Shown here: piece by piece, positions 49,791 through 60,505 of the stretch | How positions within the stretch are numbered: position 1 is the first letter of the stretch | Layout of the letters: each line of letters opens with the position of its first letter | Origin: Paraspadella gotoi | Lineage: Eukaryota > Animalia > Chaetognatha | Length of the DNA stretch: 60,505 nt | NCBI GenBank assembly: GCA_051294375.1 | Contig: JBJCIZ010000038.1 | Location: forward strand, 1 to 60,505 | Direction: 5' to 3' | Made by a program: the position numbers and the translations under genes | Notes under the pieces: model-generated | What the model saw: only the letters and a program-made list of their open reading frames with translations | Databases searched by the model: none | What the model was told of the DNA's origin: nothing

Positions 49791-52404
49791 AATATTTTTA
49801 ACAAAAATATTTTAAACAATTTTTATAATGAAAGAAAAAAAAAATAGAGAGAGAAAAGAATAAAGCTTCAAAAAATACTTAGGAAAGAATATTATTGAGA
49901 ATAAGGACAGCTGAGAATAAGGACAAGATTTATTCTATATGACTTTCTTTCATTTCTTTTTATTCACTCTTAATCTTTCTGTCTTAAAAAGAATAGTAAA
50001 AATTTTAAATTAACTTTAATAAAAATTCTAAATAAAGAATAAACAACATCATACTATGAATATTTATTATATAAAATTGTATTATAAATTTTTGTAGTAA
50101 GCAATATTTATGAATAATATTCACCAAGACATAAATTGAGAATGGGGGAAAAATATGTCTGACTTCTATACGTACCCTAGATACCCATAAAAGAAAATAA
50201 AAATAACCCATTTTTGAAACACAAAAAAATTACTTTACTACACTGTAGTGAGTCAAAAATTATGATTCAAGCAAATTGTTTTTATATTGATTTTAAAGTT
50301 TTGTTTATAATTTTTTAGATTTTAGGTGGGATAGATGGACCAAAAAAGTGAATTTAAAGCCAAGATTTGCTATAGCAGATCCAGCTAAAAAAACTCTTCT
50401 TAAACGCAAAGAAAATAAATAAAATAAAATAAACAGACAAAAAATAAAGAAAAAAAAGATTAAAATTCATATCATAGAATGATTTTGGTTTGCACTGCTG
50501 ATTATTATTATTAAAAATATTAATTCTTTAATTTAATTCTATTGGTCAGTCTCTCTATTGGTCGGTCTGTCTATCTTTTTTTTCCCTTTACCTTCTTTTG
50601 TCCTTCTTCCTGTGCCCTTATTCCCTAATTAATAATTCATTTTTGTTTTCAGGCAATGCACTTAGATGCCAAAATATGCAGCTACTACAAATGCTAATAA
50701 TACTAAAATATACTAAAAAAAAAACTTGCACAAGTATATTAGCATTTTATCTTTTCATATTAATTTAATTTATTTTAATAAATAAATACTTCTCTCTCCT
50801 TCTCCCTTCTTCTTTTCTTTCTTTCCTTTTTTTCTGCCTTTTTTTAGCCATACCTCTTTCTCTTTCTTTTTTTTCTCTATCTCTCTTTATATTTTTTTCT
50901 CTCTGTCTCTCTCTATCTCTCTTACTTTCTCTCTCTGGCTCTCTCTATTCTTGTCTCTCTCTTTGGCTTCTCTCTCTCTTGGTCTCTCTCTCTGGCTATC
51001 TTTCTCTCTCTGTCTTGCTCTCTATCTGCACTCTCTATTTGCGCGCTCTCTCTATCACACTGCTTTCTCTATCCCTCTTCTTTGAATTATGTTTTTTTCA
51101 TCATCTAGCAATAATTAACATTCATTTTTTGAAATTTGTTTTTTCAGTTTTTTAAGTTGTTTTTTTATATTTTTGATATAAAATAAAATAAAATATAAAT
51201 TATTTATATTTTAATATATATACTATGTTTTTAAATTAAAATTCCAAAGTCCGGAGCAAATAACTTATTATTAATGAATGGATAATTGTTATATGTTTTA
51301 CCAATTTTATAAATTGTTTTTTATAAATAAATTGATAATATAAATTTTAATATAAAAATTAAAAACTGGATAAGTTAAAAGGTATATAAATTAAAAAAAT
51401 TACAAAAAATAAAAATAATACAATTAAAAAATAATACAGTTAAAAAATGAGGCAAGTTAAAAAAAATGATACAATTTAAAAAATTATGCAAGTTAAAAAA
51501 TAATGCAAATCAAAAAAATATTACAAATTGAAAAAATGATGGAAGTTAAAAAAATAATGCAATTTCAAAAATAATACAAATTTAAAAAAATAATGCGAGT
51601 TAAAAAATGAAATAAATTAAAAAATGATGCAAGTTAAAAAAAAATACAAATTTAAAAAATATGCAAATTTAAAAATGAAGCTAGTTTAAAAATATACAAG
51701 TTAAAAAATGATTCAAGATGAAATCATATCAAAGTAAAAAAAATAATGCATTCAAAAAATGATATAGGTAAAAAAATAATGCCAAATTAAAAAATAATGC
51801 AGTTGAAAAATGATCCCAGTTAAAATATATATGCAATCAAAAAAAGGTCAAGTTTAAAAATGACGCAAGATAAAAAAATTATTTGATTAATAAAATGAAT
51901 AAGTTAATAAATAAATAGAATAGAAAGAATTATGAATAAATGATTTAATTAAATATTCATAGGAATAAATTAACTATTAATTATCTTTCGTTTAAAATAA
52001 AAAAGGAATAAATTGAGTGAATGAATGTATTCAAAGAAAAAGATATAAAATATATGCTTATTACAACAACTTATTAATAAAATAATTATAATCAGAATAA
52101 AAATATTTCTTTTTGAATAAAAAATATATTAATAGAAAACCAATGGCAGCTGATAAACGCTTTAGAATTTAGCAATATTAATTTGAAAAAAGAACAATTT
52201 TTTGGAACAATAGAAAGGTTATAATTTGGCAAAACTTTTGATTTTCGCTATAAAAACAAAAGAACAAGAGCGAACGCGCAACGTTTTTTGCGACTCCGCA
52301 TTCGCCTCCCTTTCCCCAATTTTGACTCTAGTCAAGTTCGCCACCTCAAAAAACATGCGCTCCGCGCGTTTTCACTCCGCCTCCGGATCGCGTCTGCATC
52401 TCTG
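49501..52404. mobile_element. Non-autonomous hAT transposon (~2.9 kb)
   Basis: TIRs CAGGGATGC / GCATCTCTG. Perfect 8-bp TSD ATTCTCGC (49493-49500 and 52405-52412). GC-rich CGCCTC subterminal repeats at both ends. An uninterrupted paralogue of the target sits at ~54570-54700. Confidence 0.85.
51360..51880. repeat. Degenerate ~19-20-bp minisatellite (AAAAAATGATGCAAGTT)
   Basis: Tandem units visible. A related array lies at 2620-2810 on the opposite strand. Confidence 0.75.
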
Positions 52405-53357
52405 ATTCTCGCAAAGTTTCTCATTCCAAATTAGGTGGAGAAACGAATATCACCATTAAAAATTTCTCCGGATGCGCTATATGGACTTTCCGCCCACTTT
52501 TGCGCAAACCACTTCCGTTGAAAAAAGAAAGAATTTTAAAAGAAGCAAGCAATTATTGAGCCAGCACACTTAATAATTAATCAAAATACAGTTATTATAA
52601 TCTTAATACCTAATTATTTGGTTTTGCTTATAAATTACATTTTGTATGTCAAAGATAACAATTAAAAAAGGCTTTATATTATAAAATGCTGGCTTTTGAC
52701 AAAATTATGGTAAAACTTTCACTAACTGATGTTTTGGCCTTTGGAAAACCACTTAAAAATCTACTTTTAAAAAAATTACCTTAACCTTAAACCGTCTTAA
52801 CCATAACCACTCATAAACCACCATAACCCTAAACCTCCCTAACCAAGCTTGCGAAAGTAAAATTATGCTAAAAAATTTTTATTTCAAGATTAAAGGCTTT
52901 CAAATCAGTGAAAAGAGGATAAAATTGAGGAGAGAAACAGTCTCGCAAAAAATTTGGGTAAAACTTTGGAATAAATTAAATGTGCTTCTCACAAATTGAT
53001 GATGGTAATAAAAAAATTATATGACCATATTTTTTAAATAAGATAATTCAAACGATAGGGGAAAAAGAAACGAGTTTAGCATAATTTATAATCTATATTA
53101 TTCATTAATTTTATAAGTTAGTAATATCGGTGTCCTCAAAGTTACTTTAAACCTTCACAGTTGATATTATGTCTTTAAGATTCACTATATTTTTCATTTA
53201 GAAAAATATTTATTTTCCTATTTAATGCCGAATTTTATATATGACGATATTTTTGGAAGGTTAAAAATGTAGTTGATAACAATACAATTAAAAAGGGAGA
53301 AAAAAACATTGTTTTTTCGTTACTGGCTTGAAAATTCGAATGAGAGAAACTTTACAA

Positions 53358-53710
53358 TGTAAGGAAACGAAGACGACTGAGGCTTGACTGTAGTCGGAAA
53401 GGATCTTTGATAACCGAGTTTACTCAAGTTGCCAGAATATATTTATTTTGCCCAGACTTCTAATACAGTCAGTAATACAATTACTTTATACTTCTACATG
53501 ACCTTGTAGTCTGGGCATTTCTCTATCGTCTGGACCTCAGGTCTGCTGTGAGACGTTACAATCGTCATGGCCTTTGATCCGGTGGCCTCGTTTCCTCGGC
53601 GCTATTCTACGTAACCAGAGTTTTAGTGTGAGTTAGCACAAGAATTAGTTGTCTAGAAGCATCGATTCTCTATAATCATTTATCGCGACGTCCGCTCGCA
53701 ATTTTGGTGA
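53358..53710 (-). mobile_element. Possible solo LTR
   Basis: Relatively GC-rich island bounded by TGT...ACA, with TATAAAG and AATAAA on the minus strand. No clean TSD. Confidence 0.3.
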
Positions 53711-53990
53711 CAATGCAATACAAACTATATAAATTATTCATTTAAAAAATAGCTGTTTGCCGTTTTGACTGGCTATGGTGAGTTAGGCATCTATCCATCT
53801 TTCATCATTATATTTTTATTAGAGTTAAAGTTGTAGAGATTTTATTTTCATTGAACTCTAATATTAATAATAAAAATAACAAGAAAGGAAAAGATACGAA
53901 CTTTCTATTTTTTAAATTTATTTTACTTCTTCAAGATATTTTTATTTTGCACTTTATTTTTAATCAAAATATTTTAATTATGTTAATAAT

Positions 53991-54263
53991 TGTGTAGTCG
54001 GCATGGCCTAAATCCACCCTGCCAATAATCATAACACCTTCAGTCGTGACCCGGTTGCTCATTGAGTAAAGCATCAGCTCATGACCACTAGGTACCGGTT
54101 CAATCTCAACTTGGTAACGACCCTGTGGGAAGCAAGAGGCACGACCGTAGACACTATGGAGGCGTGGAAAACCTCAAGCCTGGTTCCAAGCCCAGGACTG
54201 TGGCTGCTGAGGGGCATAGAAGTTACTGAATGCAGTCTTCAGCCCACTTATCGCTTATTCACA
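53991..54263 (+). mobile_element. TGTG...CACA-bounded repeat (solo-LTR-like) with an internal tRNA-like segment (~54048-54117)
   Basis: Homologous to the revcomp of 42790-42999. 4-bp flanks TAAT/TATT differ by one base. Confidence 0.45.
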
Positions 54264-54899
54264 TATTGTTCTTATTAATGTCATTATGGATCAGTTAACT
54301 AATAAAAAATATTAAACACATATTTATAAAATATATAGTAAAATAATTGTTAATTTAAAAGAATAGTATTTGAAAAATCTTTCAAAAATATGATTATTTC
54401 CTGTCTTTTTTATTTCGAGGTAATATTGATAAAATATTTAATATTTTTAAAATTTACATTAAATTATAATTCATAAAAGTAAATAATCATTCAGCTTGTA
54501 TAATTAACCATAAAATAAATAATTTAAGTTTAAAATCGTTTTATTCCTAAAACAAGTTATTTTTTAACCGGAAGTGGTACGCCACATAAAGTGGCGTGGA
54601 AAGTCCATAATTCTCTACCTGAGAAATTTTCATTGTGATATTCGTTTTATCAATAAAATTGGAATGAGAAACTTTGCAAGAACCAACAACTTTTCCAAAG
54701 TGTATATTTTGGGAGGCCTAGTAGTCAGATTCGGCGAAAATCTTGAATGGAGAAAGTCTTCCGTCGAAGGGGCGAAATTTCGAATGTTTTTTTTTAGATT
54801 TCTCCTAAACGCATTGTCCAATTACATGAAACTGATATTTACAATATTCCCGTTATTCTTACGTCGGGAGGTATAAAAATATATTAAAAATTCATCTGG

Positions 54900-55210
54900 G
54901 TTTTGCGGGGACATTTTTCCTAGCTGGATATAAAGTTTCGATGGAATCGTGCGAGTGAAAATGAGTTAAAATGGAAAAAACAAAAGTCATATTTACTTGA
55001 AAGTATTTTACTTAAATTTACTCATAATTATTATGTTTATTAAAAATTTGATAGATAAATCGAAATTGAATTTGTGTGTGGGTAGGAAGTATTGATAAAG
55101 CTGGATATAAATTTTTTGATGGAATCGTAGGAGTGGAAAAAGTTCAATTAGAAAACCAAAAGACAATTTATTTGAATTTTTTAAAGTTTCTCTCTCTCTA
55201 TCTCTCTCTG

Positions 55211-55273
<63 letters not shown>

Positions 55274-56560
55274 GATTGATTAATTGATTGATTGATTGAT
55301 TGATTGACTGACGAAATTATGCCAATTGACAAAAATATGCCAGTTGACCAATTCTTAAGTTGACCAAATTATGTCAGTTGACCAAATCTGCAAGTTGATC
55401 AAGTTCTGCAAGTGACCAAATTATGCCAGTTGACCAAATTATGCCAGTTGACCAAATTAGACCAGTTGATAAAATTATGCCAGTTGACCAAATTATGCCG
55501 GTTGACCAAATTATCTTAATGATCAATATTATGTCAGTTGACCAAATTATGTCAGTTGACCAATTATGTCAGTAGACCAAATTATGTCAGTTAACCAAAT
55601 TATGTCAGTTGACCAAATTATGCAAGTTGATTAAATTATGCAAGTTGACCAAGTTAGCTTATTACCACTTAATTATCGATTGACCTGGAATTTGTATGTG
55701 AGTAGAAAAGTGTGTGATTGAGACGGAAACAAGTTTCGATGAGAATCGTTTGAGTGGAAATGAGTTTAAATGAAAAAAAAAAAAAAATTCCTATTTACCC
55801 TAATTGATAGTGATGAATTGGACTTGTTTGTATGTGGTGAAAGTGCTATTAATAGGAGTCTCGTCGTCTTAGAAATCGAGGAAGACTTTTTCCAATGGAG
55901 ATTTTCGATTAAAATCTGACTACCAAATAATGTCAACGCTCCTGGGAAAAATTCAGGTAAAAAGATGTAAAAACACTCGATTTCGATCCTGTTACATCTA
56001 AGGGCTCGCATTTTTTTTCTCTTGACAAATAACCATCATTTTGACATCGAACATCAGATTCAAATGACTGGTCAGCTCAGGAAAATATTTAGACGCGAAT
56101 TTTATATATAAAATAAAGGGATTTCTCAACTTCATACAATGTCAACCGCATTTAAGGTATGTTGTCATTTTACAATAAACTTGAATTCAGGAATCGATAG
56201 CATATGTCTGAAGGGCTCTCAAAATTTTCTTTACATTGTATTTAGGTTACATATCTTAATACGATGTCATGTTAAGTGAATTAGTCCAGTTTTTCGCGAA
56301 ATTTTTATTTAAAGTAAAAGTAAAAGAGGAGCTAACGATCGGAATTCTAAGAGTTTTCAACGGGAGACAGATTCAGAAAAAATCTTATATGGCGAAAATC
56401 TTCCAAGAAGGGGTGGATTTTCCGAAGATTTTGGTTAATATTTCTATATTTATGGTCGGATTTTTTTGAAACTTAAAAATAGCAATATTGCCATCATTCT
56501 ACATTGGCGGTCAAAGAATATATTAAAAAACCTCTGACTTTTTTCGTCGAGCTTAGTCCT
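54900..56560 (+). mobile_element. HINE-A internal sequence
   Basis: Repeated GGATATAAAGTTTCGATGGAATCGTGCGAGTG subunits. 55800-56310 matches ~43410-43930. Confidence 0.65.
55212..55655. repeat. (TGAT)n microsatellite followed by a ~20-bp minisatellite (GTTGACCAAATTATGYCA)
   Basis: Direct inspection; roughly 17 units at 55310-55655. Confidence 0.9.
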
Positions 56561-56667
56561 CAATTAATGTATATGCAGGATGTATTAATAAATCAAATAA
56601 TTAATCAGTTATTATCATTAGTCAATTAATTAAGTCAATAATTATTAATCAGTCAATCAATCCGTCC

Positions 56668-57309
56668 AATTTTTTTTCTATATAAAAGAAAAAGAAAAAT
56701 TAGACAAAAGCGATTAAATTGATTAAAAATTGATAAAATGAGACAAAAAAAGCATCTGAGAGAAGAGTTGCTTGCTGTTACCGATCGAGAAAAAAAAAAG
56801 TCATCATCTAGAGTGCCAAAGAAAGAAAACTAGTTATTCTATTTTTTTCATAAATTACCTTTGTCAAGCTAGTTCTCCAGAACTGAGTTGAATTATAATT
56901 TGTGTTAAAATATATTGCTTAATCAAAAGTTGTAAAAGATTTGGAAAATATATTAAGCTTGCTTGATAAATTTAAGAATAGATCCAACTTGTTGATAAAT
57001 TCATCAACTATAAAAGATATGAAATGAATAAAAATCAAAGATGAATTAAAAATAATATTTCAAACTAAATCGACTATTTACAATAGACTTAATTATTAAC
57101 TATTAATCATGAATAGATAACAAAAAAATAGAAAACTAGTTTTCTTTCTTTGGCACTATACCTTTTTTTTCTCGACTGGCAAGCAGCAAGCAACTCTTTT
57201 CTCAGTTATTTAACTTTCATTAATTTTACTCTTTTTGTCTCATTTATCAATTTTTAATATTTTAATCGCTTTTGTCAATTTTTCTTTTTCTTTTATATAG
57301 AAAAAAATT
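56668..57309. mobile_element. Foldback/MITE-like element with ~180-bp terminal inverted repeats
   Basis: 56668-56850 (TTTTTTCTATATAAAAGAAAAAGAAAA...GTGCCAAAGAAAGAAAACTAG) is the reverse complement of 57120-57309. Confidence 0.7.
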
Positions 57310-60002
57310 AAAAACTACCTTATTTAAAAGTCATAATTCCATTATAAAATAATAAAAATTTAAACAAAACTTTAATGACCATGTGAGACAAAATAATTAA
57401 AGTTACCTATTGTCAAATCAGAATTTACTATTTTTTTATTTACTCTGAAAAAAGTGCATTCCCTTTTTCCCTTTAGCCTAGTTCCAAACCTATTAAATAA
57501 AAATAATTATTAAGAAAAGTGATTTTTTTTAAATTTAAAAAAATTATAACTTTTTAACCGATAATCCTTTTTTAAAAATTCTTTCAGCAAAACAAAGGCA
57601 ATTATTTCTTTATTCAATTCGCCATAATTTTTTTACAAAATATTCACAAACATTGTTAAAAATATCATTTTTAAAAATTTTATCAAAAATTGCCCAAAAC
57701 AATAGGTTTTAAAAAAAATTTTCCTTAGTAAAAAACTAACTTAATTTATAATGCGAGGTATGTAACATAGTCAATTTTTTTCCACTCTACAAGATAGTTT
57801 GGGTTTCGTCCCTCTAGCAATAAAGCTTTTAAAGATATTTAGCAAAAAGTCCATTTTTTACCATTTTTTTTTCATTTTTTTCAAAGTTGGCAGCATTTAC
57901 TGTAAATTTTTTTTTTGAAAAAAATGTTCAAAAAATTCATATGATGTATGGGCACCTTTTACACAATACTCATTTTTTGATTTCAAAACTTTTCATATAT
58001 GGCAAGGTCTAATGCACATACATATGCACATTAAAGGTTTTATGGCGCATTAACCTCCTACCAAATATGAATTCAGTTTATCGGATATTATATATTATAT
58101 GCGATTTATAGTTATGTGCATTTAAAATTTTAGGGGGACAACGGACAAAGAACGGATATGCAGACTGACCGACCAACCAAAACGTAATAATTACAGAATT
58201 TCTTTTAAATATTAAATTTTTTTGTATGGATGAAGCTTCTTAGCTCTTTATTCAACAAATAAATGCAATATGAGATTTTGTTGAGGAAGCAAATTTAGCA
58301 AATATCACAAATTTGGTCGAGTTCAACACATGATCGAAAACTCATTAATTACGACGTCTAATCAAATTTTTGTTATTTATTCCCAATCTAAAATGAAAGT
58401 AAAGACCTCAATCAAGATTTTAATATATCCCCACTTTTCATTTTTTACCCTCGTCTGTAGTAATAGTTTGAGACTACGTATACCCTTATACCTTTACCCC
58501 AAAAGTTTATTTTAAAACATCTCTATTAGTTGAAATTAAACATATATATAAACTCCGTGCCTGAAAATTGGGCTCATAAATCATTCAAGGATCGAATCTA
58601 AATTTTCCTACTTCGCTCCTTCGTTCCATTACAAAAGTAAAACCAGAGATGGAATCAACATTCTATTTAATTTGAATTTAAATTCCATTCCGTCTTTTTC
58701 TCTTACATCCTCCTCCTCCTCCTCCTCCTCCTCCTCCATCCCCCCTTAAAAAATAAATCCTTCCATAAACAAACGCGAGACAAGAAAAGCGCGAGAAGGC
58801 AATCTCAAAAAGGATAAAACAGTAAGACTAAGGAAATGCCTCTCATTTTTTAAAGTGGTTGCCGGCCGAGGAGGGAAAAAATGAAAGAGAGGGATAGGGA
58901 GGAAAGGAAAAGAAAGGGGAGAGAGGAAATTGAAGGAGAGGAAAGAAAAGGAAGGTAGAAGAGAGGATAAAAAGCAGAGGAAATAAGAAAGATAGGAAGA
59001 ATTGAGAAGGAAAAAAAGGAAGAAAGAATAAGAAATTAGGGCTGCGCATCGTTCGAATCGAAGTTCCGATCAAGATTCCTTTTTCTATTCAAAACTGCAT
59101 AGTCAAGGCCCCAACAAATTATATCAATATGGGCAGATTTTGAGAGTGTGGCGTCTTGGGAAGCCAACGGAGGTAGAGCGCGATCGAAATTCCCATTTTA
59201 TCATGCCCAAAAATGGTATTTAAATGAACTGGTCTGACCGTTTTTTCCCTTTTCCCAAAAAACCTGCTTGATCTTTTATAAAATAGAACAAATCATACAT
59301 ATCAGTACGGTTTCGGATAGCTTATGGTCTTCTCTACAAGATAAAAAAAAGAAAAATTAAAAATCTTGCAATCTCAATTGCTTGATAAAGCAATCAAATG
59401 AACTGGTTTTTTAGGTGAAAACTGCATAGTCAAGCCTTCGTTTTTTTTTTGTTTTAAAACCATCGAAAGAAACTGTATTGTTTTTACAATCTGTTTCAGG
59501 AAGAGCGCGGAGGTTAATTCAGAGAGTTTATATTGAATTTTGACCAAATAGAAAGGAAGGCAGTTTTTTGTACGCTAAAAGCCTTTTTAAGCGCGTTCCG
59601 GTCTGTATTGAAAACGGCTGACGTAAGTTATCCAATGAGGACTTCAATTAAAAAAAAGCATTGTTCATGCGCGATCCGGGCCGGATAAAAACGAAATTAA
59701 AATATTGCTTTACCCTACGTTTAAAGTTTGGGAACCGTTCTCGGCTTGTTTTTGGCGGATATTCCATTAACTATAGTTAAATTTGGCATTCCTGGAAATC
59801 AATACGTTCCAGAGGCCTATGAGCAAGGTTTTTTTTAATCAATTAATTTAAATTTATTATCCATTATTCTCTATTTTTCTCTCTTTTACTCTCTTTTACC
59901 AAATTTCGTTTCTCTTCAAAATCTTATTCAAATCTGTCTTGAACATACCCTGACCTCACCTCTAAACACTGTCCTTTCTCAATTCTTTGTTGAAAACTTT
60001 GG

Positions 60003-60033
<31 letters not shown>

Positions 60034-60139
60034 CTTGTGTGAATCAGTGAATCAGTTTAAAAGTGTTCCTAACTGTAAATCTGCAAATCTGCAAATGGCT
60101 TCTACGTAAGTTTCTGATTGATTGATTGGTAGAAGAAAA

Positions 60140-60490
60140 CCGACGACAACAACAAGGAAGAAAAAGATTAAAACGACGGCATAGATGACGACGAAGACGA
60201 CGACGAAAATGACGATGAAGACAACGACGAAAATGACGACGAAGACGACAACGAAAACGAAGACGAAGACGAAAACGACGATGAAGAGGTCGACGAGGAA
60301 GACGACAAAGAAGGCAACGACGAAGACAACGACGAAAATGACGAAACCGACGATGAAAAAGACGACGAAAAAGACAGAAAGACGACGACGAAGGCATCAA
60401 CGAAAATGATGACGAAAATGACGACAAAGACGACGACGACAAAGATGACAATGAAAATTACGACGAAAATTATATCGAAGAGGAAGACAA
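60140..60490 (+). repeat. GAC/GAA/GAT/AAT triplet tract; reads as an Asp/Glu-rich low-complexity peptide in one frame
   Basis: The frame gives DDDEDDDENDDEDNDENDDEDDNENEDEDE..., with a ~12-nt period. Possibly an exon. Confidence 0.5.
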
Positions 60491-60505
60491 AATCCCAAAT
60501 TTACA

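Noticed and set aside
55310-55655. CRISPR-like array
   Set aside because: Head-to-tail units with no unique spacers, eukaryotic context and no cas genes.
57365-58040. piggyBac-like MITE (CTTTAATG...CATTAAAGG)
   Set aside because: The terminal match is short and there is no clean TTAA duplication.
60044-60451. Arg-rich (minus) and Thr/Lys-rich (plus) ORFs
   Set aside because: They are alternative frames of a triplet repeat.

Overview
AT-rich, almost entirely repeat-derived eukaryotic (probably invertebrate animal) sequence from an indel-rich assembly, with 25-N gaps at 18103-18127 and 26530-26554. No intact host gene is evident. (1) A ~5.2-kb Polinton/Maverick (adintovirus-like) block on the minus strand at 7323-12511: unknown ORF, rve integrase, minor capsid, amphipathic cupiennin-like protein, major capsid and adenain protease. 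No pPolB or TIR is visible. (2) A Ty3/Gypsy element split into gag-protease-RT-RNaseH (minus, ~20465-23965) and an oppositely oriented integrase (plus, 12522-13749). Its downstream region holds an antisense Ser/Pro-rich gene, a CCAAT hairpin with a TATA box, and a frameshifted ORF that aligns by eye to histone H2B. (3) A near full-length L1/Tx1-clade LINE (minus, ~35655-41900) with an SGNH esterase-like ORF1, plus partial copies showing a ~1.4-kb 3' UTR. (4) A ~6.7-kb inverted duplication (26555-33294 / 43029-49790) whose inner ends coincide with a Helentron/DINE-1-like terminus. (5) Many non-autonomous elements: HINEs, hAT elements with 8-bp TSDs, foldbacks, tRNA-containing short repeats, Penelope-type hammerhead remnants and minisatellites. 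All homology calls are from motif recognition by eye, not database searches.
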